From positions 1 to 48,866 of the forward strand of contig JAJZTZ010000002.1 in assembly GCA_021847305.1 (NCBI GenBank): a DNA stretch of 48,866 nucleotides, given 5' to 3'. Shown in pieces: positions 28,855-36,937 of this stretch (the stretch's first letter is position 1; every line of letters starts with the position of its first letter). The notes beneath the pieces are model-generated. The model saw only the letters and a list, made by a program, of their open reading frames with translations. It was not told the origin of the DNA and made no database searches. Origin of the DNA: Pseudomonadota bacterium (GTDB lineage Bacteria > Pseudomonadota > Gammaproteobacteria > Burkholderiales > JAJZQI01). A program made the translations under genes and the position numbers.

Positions 28855-31800
28855 ATGAAAAGTAAAAGTCCTCAATTAACCGTAGGTTTGCCTGTTTTTA
28901 ACGGCGAGAAGTTTGTCGGCAATGCAATCGAGTGCATGCTGGAACAAACTTATTCGGACTTTGTTTTCATTATTTCCGACAACGCTTCCACCGATGCAAC
29001 AGAAGAAATTTGTCGTCAATACGAGAAGTTCGACAAGCGCATCAAGTACTACCGCAATGAACAAAATCTCGGGGCGGCGAAGAATTTCGAGCTTCTCTAT
29101 CAAAAGGTCGAGACGCCTTTCTGGACGCCAATCTCACATGATGATTATTTTTCTCTCAATTTTCTCGAGTCCTGTCTCGGCAAACTGATCGACAATCCGG
29201 ATGCTGTTTTGGCCGCCCCGGCGCAGATTGCCGCAATTAATGCAAATGGTTTTATCAAGCGGATTGAGCGGAATTTCAACACTGAAGGCATGGGGCTCTC
29301 GGAAAGGCTGTGCCATTTACTCGACCGCATTATGTGGGTGTCGTTCTACGGTGTCAGCCGTACCTCCGTGTTTGGCGAGGTCTGGTCGAAAATCGGACCC
29401 TACAAGACGCGTTTTGGCGCCGACGTGATATTTCTGGCCGGTATGCTGCTGAAAGGGCAGATTGTTTCGGCTGATGGGGCGACATTTTTTTACCGTGAAG
29501 CGGATGCGGAAAAGCCCGCGGCCGTTTACGCACAGGATTTACTGCCAGGTCAGGCTGTGTCATCGATGCCGTACACAGGACTGCTGGAGTCGATTCTTGA
29601 AGTGCTGTTCCTGTTTGCCGACGTGGCCGTGGAGCAAAGAGCGATAATCAGCAATGACATCCTTCAAACCGTATTGAAACAGCCTGGGTGGGCTTATCAA
29701 CTGGAGCGGGAACAACGTAATCAGGAAGGTGACACAGCTGCCCCTGCTTCTGCGGCGGCAGAACAGATTACCTCAGCTCCCGTCGCAGTTGTTCCGGCTT
29801 CGACCAATCAATTGCCGCATTCAACTGCTGCTGCCGTAACAGAGAAACCCGGTTTTACGGCGAATTTCGGCATCAATGTGGTCGGGCATGTCTCTGGCAA
29901 TCTTGGTTTGGGCGTGTCGGCTCGAAGTGTCATCAAGTCTTTACTGGAAAATGGTATTCCACTGGCAATTTTTGATGTCGACCCAGGTCTAGGGCGAGGG
30001 CGCAAAGATCTGACTTTTGCCCAGTATCATGTAAAGTCGCTGGAAGAATTGGTTTACCCGATAACACTGTTCATGATGCCCCCAACCATTGGCTGGCTGA
30101 AAGAGGCAATACCCGAACTTTTTCCCGCTGACAAGCTTTTGATTGCATACAGTATGTGGGAATTGCCTGTCCTGCCGCCTCAATGGATGGAGTCGCTGGA
30201 GACATTTGATGTGCTGGTGGCCGGCTCAGAGTTTATTCGGCATGCGTTTGAATTCAATTTGTCCAAAGTTCAGACAATTGTAACCAAGCACCCGCTTTAT
30301 TTGCCCGATAACATTGTGGGGGATCGGGCCCGATTCAACCTGCCTGCTGATAAAACCATTTTTGTCACCGCTTTTGAGCCGAATAGCGATCCGATGAGAA
30401 AAAACCCTCGTGGAACTCTGCGCGCCTTTCTTTCAGCATTTCCGGATGATGATTCTGTTTGTCTAGTCGTTAAAGTCAATAATGCCTATGCGGATGGAAT
30501 TCTGCATTCATCGGTGGTCGAATTGCAGAGTATCGCAAGTGATGACAAGCGGATTGTCTTTATCACAGCGAGCATGCCGTATGTCGACGTGCTGAGACTT
30601 TATGCCTCCTGCGATGTTTTTGTCTCACTTCATCGGGCGGAGGGATTGGGCCTTGGCTTAATGGAGGCCATGGCGTTGGGTAAGCCGGTTATAGCAACTG
30701 GCTGGTCAGGCAATATGTCCTTCATGGATCATACCTGTGCCTGTCTGGTGCCCTATGTGCTTATTCCCGTCAACGGCAGTATTCCCGCATACACAAGTGC
30801 GGAGCTTGGGCGTGAGGCAAAGTGGGCAGAGCCTTCGCTCGCGCATGCCTCAGCCTGGATGCGGCAATTAGCGGCTTCCCAGGAGCTGCGCAGTGAAATA
30901 GGGCAGGCTGCAGCTCGTGCTATGGCTAGGCATCACAAGGAGGCAAGCGCAGCCGAGTTTGTACGCGAGCTGCACTCGATCTGGCAGCATCAACAATTCC
31001 TGCCCCGTTCTGTTGAAATTGACGAAGGCGCAGGTGCCATTGCTGGTCTAAATGCGGTCGACCAAGCATATCAGATATGGCGCAATAAGCATTCAATGCA
31101 GGAAATCGATGCCCAGATTCTGGCCGAGCGTATGGTGACCCAATGGCAATCCAAACCGGTCTTCCATTTTGTGGTTCTGGTGGTGCAGGGGCAGGAGCAG
31201 GAACTGGCGGATGCCATTGATAATTTGGCTGGTCAGATGTATGGCAGCTGGCATTTGACCGTGATTGCTGATTTCCCCTCGCCGGACAGCGCCTTCGGTC
31301 AGGCTGAACACCTCCAGTGGATTCGGATGCAGCCAGATTGGCTGCTATCCGACGTGCTGAATGTTGTAGTTGATCGCAGAAAAGGCGACTGGTTTGCCGT
31401 CACCGCTCCGGGGTTTGTCCTGGAGCCGCAAACCTTGCTGGTGCTGGCCAACTACATCAATGCCTATCCCGACTGGAAGCTGATTTATACAGATGAAGAC
31501 CGGTTAAACAAAAACGGCCGCCATGTGTTGGCCCGTTTCAAGCCGGAGTTCAACCTGGAGTGGCTGCGTGCGTCCAATTTTCTGGGTGACCTGGTTTTCT
31601 GCAGTGGGGAGGCAATTGAGGCCGTAGGCGGGTTCGTCAATTTGCCGGGCGCCTATCAGTATGACCTGACGCTTCGACTCTATGAGATGTTCGGTGAAAG
31701 CGTTATGGGGCATGTGGATGACGTGCTGGTATCTTTCTCTGAACAATTCTGGTCTTTGGTCGATGGCGAGGCGGAAGAGGAAGCCGTGCGTCAGCATTTG

Positions 31801-33768
31801 CAACGATTGAATGTGTCGGCGGATGTGTCGGCGGGTTATCAGCCGGGTACGCGCAGGGTGATGTACCAGTGGGATACCCAGCCCGCTGTTTCGATCATTG
31901 TTCCCAACAAGGATAGCCTCGAATATTTGCAACCTTGCCTGCAGAGCCTGTTCGAGAAGACCGCTTACCCGGATTTCGAAGTTCTGGTGGTGGACAACGG
32001 CAGTACCGACCCGGATGTGCTTGAGTTTTATGAGCAGATGCTGGCGCAGGAGCCGCGACTGCGGCTGTTAAAGTATCCGCAGCCGTTCAACTTCTCGGTG
32101 ATGAACAATCTGGCTGCACGGGAAGCCCGCGGCGACTATCTGGTGCTCCTCAACAATGATACCCAGATTGTTCAAGCGGACTGGCTGACTCGTCTGATGT
32201 CCTATGGGCAGCGGCCGGATGTCGGCATCGTCGGTGCCCGCCTGGTCTATCCGGAAACAGGCATACTACAGCATGCAGGGGTTGTTCTGGGCATGCAGGG
32301 CATTGCAGACCACATATTCAATGGCCAGCTCAAAATGGACGAGCCGGGGTATCTTGGCCGTGCGCATGTCGATCAGGAATATTCGGCGGTGACAGCCGCC
32401 TGCTTGCTGGTGCGCAAATCCCTGTACGATCAGGTGGGGGGGCTGGATGAAGAAGCCTTCAAGGTTTCCTATAACGATGTAGACCTGTGCCTGAAGATCA
32501 GGCAGTTGAATTACAAAATCATCTGGACGCCTTATGCGACTGTGGTCCATCACGGGTCGGTGTCGCAGAAGGCTTCAAATGTCGATCTGATGAAGCGGGC
32601 ACTGAATGCCCAGCGCTTTGAGGCGGAGCAGCATGCCATGATGAGAAAATGGCTGCCGCAACTTGCCAATGATCCCGCATACAACCGCCATCTAAGCCTG
32701 ATGACGCCGGATTGTCGCGCGGAAAGCAGCATCGTCATTGACTGGGATACCCGCTTCCATGATCGCCGCCGGATTCTCGGGGTGCCATTGACCGGAGGGT
32801 CGGGCGAGTACCGGGTAATCAGCCCGTTTAGGGCGATCAGTCGTGCCGGTTTGGCTCAGACAGCGATTGTGCAGGCGGCCAAAATGTTTGAGACGCGGGT
32901 CATACTGCCGGTTGAGCTTGAACGCGCGGCTCCGGATGTTCTGGTGTTGCAGTCCGCTGTAGATGACAGGCAGCTGCAAGCCTTGCAGGAATACAAGGAA
33001 TTCAATCCCTCGGTGAAACGCATTTTCACGCTGGATGATCTGGTTACTCAGATTCCGCAGAAAAGCGCCTCGTATCGACACTCCTACCGCGATGCAAAAC
33101 CGCGTTTGCGGAAAGCATTGGCCCTGTGTGACAGGGCCATAGTGAGTACCGAGCCGCTGGCGGAACTGTGCCGTTCCATGATCGACGATGTCAGGGTGCT
33201 GCCCAACAGGCTGGAGGCAGCTATCTGGGGTGGGCTGACTTCACAGCGTGGTCATGGCAAGAAACCTCGAGTAGGCTGGGCAGGCGCGCAGCAGCATGCC
33301 GGTGATCTGGCCTGGATAACTGATGTGGTTAGAGAGACGGCGGGCGAAGTGGAGTGGGTGTTTCTGGGTATGTGCCCGGATGAAATCCGGCCGTTTGTCC
33401 ATGAGGTCCATGATTTCGTACTGTCTTTCTACGATTACCCGGCCAAATTGGCCAGCCTGAATCTTGATCTGGCGATTGCACCGCTGGAAATGCTCGCTTT
33501 CAATGAGGCGAAGAGCAACTTGCGTCTGCTCGAGTATGGGGCAATGGGGTGGCCGGTCATTTGTACCGATATTTACCCCTATCAGACCAATGCCGCACCG
33601 GTATGCCGTCTGCCGAACGATGTGGCTGCATGGGTCAATGCAATTCGCGAACGGATCTATGATCTTGATGCCGCCTACAGGGAAGGCGATAGGCTGAAGG
33701 CCTGGGTGGCGCAGCATTACATTCTTGAGAATAAGCTGGATGACTGGTTTGACGCCCTGGCCCGATGA
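28855..33768 (+). CDS. Giant multi-module glycosyltransferase, 1637 aa (GT2, GT4-like GT-B, degenerate GT2-like, GT2, C-terminal GT-B-like)
   Basis: Module 1 (about 28870-29500): GLPVFNGEKFV...IISDNASTD...SHDDY. Ala/Pro/Ser/Thr linker (about 29720-29860). Module 2 (about 29866-30960): GT4 EX7E motif, RAEGLGLGLMEAMALGKPVIAT. Module 3 (about 31160-31800): FHFVVLVV...LIYTDEDRL. Module 4 (about 31885-32560): VSIIVPNKD...VVDNGSTD...LLNNDT...GIVGARLVYP. Module 5 (about 32760-33765): PRVGWAGAQQH...LDLAIAPL...NEAKSNLRLLEYGAMGWPVICT. Confidence 0.85.
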   Translation: MKSKSPQLTVGLPVFNGEKFVGNAIECMLEQTYSDFVFIISDNASTDATEEICRQYEKFDKRIKYYRNEQNLGAAKNFELLYQKVETPFWTPISHDDYFSLNFLESCLGKLIDNPDAVLAAPAQIAAINANGFIKRIERNFNTEGMGLSERLCHLLDRIMWVSFYGVSRTSVFGEVWSKIGPYKTRFGADVIFLAGMLLKGQIVSADGATFFYREADAEKPAAVYAQDLLPGQAVSSMPYTGLLESILEVLFLFADVAVEQRAIISNDILQTVLKQPGWAYQLEREQRNQEGDTAAPASAAAEQITSAPVAVVPASTNQLPHSTAAAVTEKPGFTANFGINVVGHVSGNLGLGVSARSVIKSLLENGIPLAIFDVDPGLGRGRKDLTFAQYHVKSLEELVYPITLFMMPPTIGWLKEAIPELFPADKLLIAYSMWELPVLPPQWMESLETFDVLVAGSEFIRHAFEFNLSKVQTIVTKHPLYLPDNIVGDRARFNLPADKTIFVTAFEPNSDPMRKNPRGTLRAFLSAFPDDDSVCLVVKVNNAYADGILHSSVVELQSIASDDKRIVFITASMPYVDVLRLYASCDVFVSLHRAEGLGLGLMEAMALGKPVIATGWSGNMSFMDHTCACLVPYVLIPVNGSIPAYTSAELGREAKWAEPSLAHASAWMRQLAASQELRSEIGQAAARAMARHHKEASAAEFVRELHSIWQHQQFLPRSVEIDEGAGAIAGLNAVDQAYQIWRNKHSMQEIDAQILAERMVTQWQSKPVFHFVVLVVQGQEQELADAIDNLAGQMYGSWHLTVIADFPSPDSAFGQAEHLQWIRMQPDWLLSDVLNVVVDRRKGDWFAVTAPGFVLEPQTLLVLANYINAYPDWKLIYTDEDRLNKNGRHVLARFKPEFNLEWLRASNFLGDLVFCSGEAIEAVGGFVNLPGAYQYDLTLRLYEMFGESVMGHVDDVLVSFSEQFWSLVDGEAEEEAVRQHLQRLNVSADVSAGYQPGTRRVMYQWDTQPAVSIIVPNKDSLEYLQPCLQSLFEKTAYPDFEVLVVDNGSTDPDVLEFYEQMLAQEPRLRLLKYPQPFNFSVMNNLAAREARGDYLVLLNNDTQIVQADWLTRLMSYGQRPDVGIVGARLVYPETGILQHAGVVLGMQGIADHIFNGQLKMDEPGYLGRAHVDQEYSAVTAACLLVRKSLYDQVGGLDEEAFKVSYNDVDLCLKIRQLNYKIIWTPYATVVHHGSVSQKASNVDLMKRALNAQRFEAEQHAMMRKWLPQLANDPAYNRHLSLMTPDCRAESSIVIDWDTRFHDRRRILGVPLTGGSGEYRVISPFRAISRAGLAQTAIVQAAKMFETRVILPVELERAAPDVLVLQSAVDDRQLQALQEYKEFNPSVKRIFTLDDLVTQIPQKSASYRHSYRDAKPRLRKALALCDRAIVSTEPLAELCRSMIDDVRVLPNRLEAAIWGGLTSQRGHGKKPRVGWAGAQQHAGDLAWITDVVRETAGEVEWVFLGMCPDEIRPFVHEVHDFVLSFYDYPAKLASLNLDLAIAPLEMLAFNEAKSNLRLLEYGAMGWPVICTDIYPYQTNAAPVCRLPNDVAAWVNAIRERIYDLDAAYREGDRLKAWVAQHYILENKLDDWFDALAR

Positions 33769-33771
33769 TTT

Positions 33772-35463
33772 ATGGGGTATGGCCTAGTGGAAGCCGGGCA
33801 GGAGCTCGCGCAGGCAATTTCGCTGCATATGGCCGAGCGGTTGGACGAGGCCGGCGCAATTTATATGCAGCTGCTGGCGCAGCAGCCTGAAAATCCAGAT
33901 CTACTGTTTCTGCTCGGGACACTCAGGGTGCAACAGGGGGCCCTGCATGATGCGCAGGCAGCCCTGTCAAATCTTCTGCGGGTCCATCCGCGGCATGTCG
34001 ATGGATGGGCGCAGCTGGCCGAAGTTTACCGCTCCATGGGGCAGATCGCCGAGGCGTTGCATTGCTATCGGCAGGTTCTGCTGCTGGCGCCGGAAAATGT
34101 GGCAGCGCGCACGGGTGAAGCCGCGTGCCTGGACGAGTTGCTCGCCAGTGCGCAGCAAGCCATGCAGGCGGCGCTGGATGCCTATCAGCAACGAGACTTT
34201 CCTGCAGCCATTCAATGGGCAACAGAATCCCTCAATCGCTTCCCAAGCGCAGTGGCCTGGAACAACTTGGGGGTGGTCTATAAAGAGCAGGGCAATCTGC
34301 CTGAAGCGGAAAATGCCCTGCGGCAGGCAATCAGCTTGGCACCGGATTATGCCGAGGCCTGGAGTAATCTGGGCAACGTCTATTGGGTGCAGTACCGCTA
34401 TGCAGATGCACTCGACCCATATGAAAGGGCTGTAAAACTGCAGCCGAACAACCCGGTTTCCTGGAATAACCTTGGCAATGGTTTGCAGGCGGCAGGTCGC
34501 CTGGATGAAGCTGTTGAGGCGTTTGAACGGGCGCTGCAACTTCAGCCTGACTTCGCCATGGCGCATTGGAATCATGGTATTGCGGCGTTGCTTAAAGGGG
34601 ATTACCGCACCGGCTGGGATGAATACGAGTGGGGGTTTGCCTGTGGGTTGCGTCCGTTAAAATTTCAATCTGTTCCGGTTTGGCAGGGTGAATCGGGCGC
34701 GCGCCTGATTGTGTATGCGGAACAGGGTTTTGGCGATGTGTTGCAGTTCGTTCGCTTCATGCATGTTTTGCCGGCCAAAGTAACCCGGCTGGCACTGGTT
34801 GTGCCGGTAGAGCTGCAGCGGCTCTTGCAGCGATCCTTTCCGGCGGTTCAAGTTGCCACAGAGTCGGGAGTGAATACGCAAGAATATACTGCCGTACTGC
34901 CCTTGATGAGTGTGCCGCATCGCTTGGGCCTGGTGGAGACGGCTGATTTGACCATCCCGGCACCCTATTTGAAAGTTGATCAGGCTAAAGCGACGCGCTG
35001 GCGGGAACGCATCTCCGGCAATGCCGGTATGCAGATCGGCATTGCCTGGCAGGGGAGTCGCAAGCACAAAAGTGACTTGCTTCGATCTGTACCGGCTGAG
35101 CAGCTGGTGCAGGCGTTGGCCGGAGGAGGTGTGTCGCTTCACAGTTTGCAGGCGGGGCCTGATGCGCCTGAAGCACCGCAGAACGTGACGGATTGGCGGG
35201 CAGAAATTCAAGATTTCGATGACCTTGCCGCTATAGTCAATGAGCTTGATTGTGTGGTAACGGTAGACACGGCCGTTGCACATCTGGCGGGTGCGCTGGG
35301 TAAACATGTCTACCTGCTTTTGCCTTTTGCACCTGACTGGAGGTGGGGGCGGTACTCTGAAAGTTGCGTCTGGTACGATCGGATGCACTTGATCAGACAG
35401 CCGTCACCAGGGGAGTGGGATGCAGTCATGCAGCGCCTGGAAGACGCGCTGATAAAAAAATAA
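33772..35463 (+). CDS. TPR-repeat protein fused to a GT9-like glycosyltransferase domain, 563 aa (paralog of 22221..23675)
   Basis: About 290 aa of TPR repeats, then LIVYAEQGFGDVLQFVRF, GIAWQGS, and VVTVDTAVAHLAGALGKHVYLLLP..PDWRW. Last gene before fliC. Confidence 0.85.
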   Translation: MGYGLVEAGQELAQAISLHMAERLDEAGAIYMQLLAQQPENPDLLFLLGTLRVQQGALHDAQAALSNLLRVHPRHVDGWAQLAEVYRSMGQIAEALHCYRQVLLLAPENVAARTGEAACLDELLASAQQAMQAALDAYQQRDFPAAIQWATESLNRFPSAVAWNNLGVVYKEQGNLPEAENALRQAISLAPDYAEAWSNLGNVYWVQYRYADALDPYERAVKLQPNNPVSWNNLGNGLQAAGRLDEAVEAFERALQLQPDFAMAHWNHGIAALLKGDYRTGWDEYEWGFACGLRPLKFQSVPVWQGESGARLIVYAEQGFGDVLQFVRFMHVLPAKVTRLALVVPVELQRLLQRSFPAVQVATESGVNTQEYTAVLPLMSVPHRLGLVETADLTIPAPYLKVDQAKATRWRERISGNAGMQIGIAWQGSRKHKSDLLRSVPAEQLVQALAGGGVSLHSLQAGPDAPEAPQNVTDWRAEIQDFDDLAAIVNELDCVVTVDTAVAHLAGALGKHVYLLLPFAPDWRWGRYSESCVWYDRMHLIRQPSPGEWDAVMQRLEDALIKK

Positions 35464-35473
35464 AAATAGGGCC

Positions 35474-35500
35474 TAAAGTTCTTGGTGGCACTGCCGATAA
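35474..35500 (+). promoter_or_regulatory. Sigma28 (FliA) class III flagellar promoter for fliC
   Basis: TAAAGTTC-N11-GCCGATAA (35474-35481 / 35493-35500). This has one mismatch to the enterobacterial consensus TAAAGTTT-N11-GCCGATAA. It lies about 97 nt upstream of the fliC ATG. Confidence 0.85.
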
Positions 35501-35596
35501 CCAACATGACAGCGGTTGAAATGTGGTTTGAGCCTCAACCGGGGTCTAAGGCTTAAACCTTGTTTTAATTGGTTCATCCGGTTAAGGAGAAAGAAA

Positions 35597-36451
35597 ATGG
35601 CACTCGTCGTCAATACTAATATTGCTTCGCTGATTGCTCAGAACAACCTGAATAATTCGCAAAGCGCACTGCAAGTTTCCCTGCAACGTCTGTCTTCCGG
35701 TCTGCGTGTAAACAGCGCCAAGGATGACGCAGCAGGTCTGGCAATTTCCCAGGCATTCACCGCACAAATTCGTGGTAACAACCAGGCGATCCGTAACGCT
35801 AACGACGGTATCTCTCTGGGTCAAACCGCTGAAGGCGCGCTGGGTCAGATTGCTAACAACGTACAACGTATTCGTGAAATTGCCGTACAGGCAGCCAACG
35901 GTACCATCAGCGATACCAACCGTTCTCAGCTGCAGAACGAGGTGAACCAGCTGACCCAGGAAATTTCCCGTATCGTTCAGACCACCAACTTCAACGGCAC
36001 CAACCTGCTGTCCGGTGCAAGCACCCTGACCTTCCAGGTGGGCGCTTCCGGTTCCAGCAACAACCAGGTAAGCATTACCACTACCAACCTGGCACAAAGC
36101 GGTTCCGCTGGTCTGTATTCCTACGCTACCAGCCTGACTGCAACCGGTACTGTGGATATCACCACCTCCGGCAATGCTTCTGCTGCGATTGCCAATCTGG
36201 ATGCCGATATTTCCCAGATTTCCACCGTACGCTCCACCTTCGGTGCGGTTCAGAACCGTTTCGAGGCTGTGGTTGCCAACCTGCAGAACTACGTGCAGAA
36301 CCTGACTGCAGCAAACAGCCGTATCATTGACGCTGACTTTGCTTCGGAAACGGCTAACCTGACGCGTAACCAGATTCTGCAGCAAGCTGGTACCGCGATC
36401 CTGTCTCAGGCAAATGCTCTGCCGCAGACTGCACTGACCCTGTTGCGTTAA
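35597..36451 (+). CDS. fliC: Flagellin, 284 aa
   Basis: ATG at 35597 preceded by AAGGAG. Canonical N-terminus [18 protein letters not shown]...[20 protein letters not shown] and C-terminus ...[34 protein letters not shown]. The central region is short. Confidence 0.96.
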   Translation: MALVVNTNIASLIAQNNLNNSQSALQVSLQRLSSGLRVNSAKDDAAGLAISQAFTAQIRGNNQAIRNANDGISLGQTAEGALGQIANNVQRIREIAVQAANGTISDTNRSQLQNEVNQLTQEISRIVQTTNFNGTNLLSGASTLTFQVGASGSSNNQVSITTTNLAQSGSAGLYSYATSLTATGTVDITTSGNASAAIANLDADISQISTVRSTFGAVQNRFEAVVANLQNYVQNLTAANSRIIDADFASETANLTRNQILQQAGTAILSQANALPQTALTLLR

Positions 36452-36474
36452 TTCTTCAGCGGGTAAGTGAAAAG

Positions 36475-36509
36475 GCCGGGACCTTCTATAAAGGAAGTGT
36501 CCCGGCTTT
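36475..36509 (+). terminator. Stem-loop terminator/attenuator after fliC
   Basis: GCCGGGAC (36475-36482) pairs with GTCCCGGC (36499-36506). The 16-nt loop contains an inner CTTC/GAAG pairing, and TTT follows the stem. It starts 24 nt after the fliC stop and ends 22 nt before the flaG ATG. Confidence 0.65.
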
Positions 36510-36530
36510 GACCGTTAAAGGAGTGTGAAA

Positions 36531-36902
36531 ATGGAAATTCAGTCCGTTGCAGTATCACCTCAGACGCTGACTTCCACCCCAAACAGTCAGACACCAGTTT
36601 CTCATGAGGTTGCAACCGGTGGGGTTGCAGCAGCTCAGCATGCACTTCAGCAATCGGCTGAGGCACATAAACCTGTCGACGCAAAGTCCTTGCAACAGGC
36701 GGTCGATCAGGCGAATGAAACCATCCAGAACCTGTCCAATGAGTTACAGTTTAGCGTGGACAAGGGGACCGGCGAATACGTCGTTAAAGTCGTCGACAAG
36801 CAGACAAATGAAGTTGTTCGGCAGATTCCGTCAAAAGAAATGCTGGAGATCGCCAAACGTTTGGATGAATTGCATGGATTGCTTATCCAGCAAAAGGCAT
36901 GA
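36531..36902 (+). CDS. flaG: FlaG family flagellar protein, 123 aa
   Basis: C-terminal FlaG signature: LQFSVDKGTGEYVVKVVDKQTNEVVRQIPSKEMLEIAKRLDEL. The ATG at 36531 lies 7 nt after GGAG; the track ORF starts at GTG 36525. Confidence 0.8.
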   Translation: MEIQSVAVSPQTLTSTPNSQTPVSHEVATGGVAAAQHALQQSAEAHKPVDAKSLQQAVDQANETIQNLSNELQFSVDKGTGEYVVKVVDKQTNEVVRQIPSKEMLEIAKRLDELHGLLIQQKA

Positions 36903-36937
36903 GCGTCTATAATAGACACTGTGCGAGGAGGTAGGTC

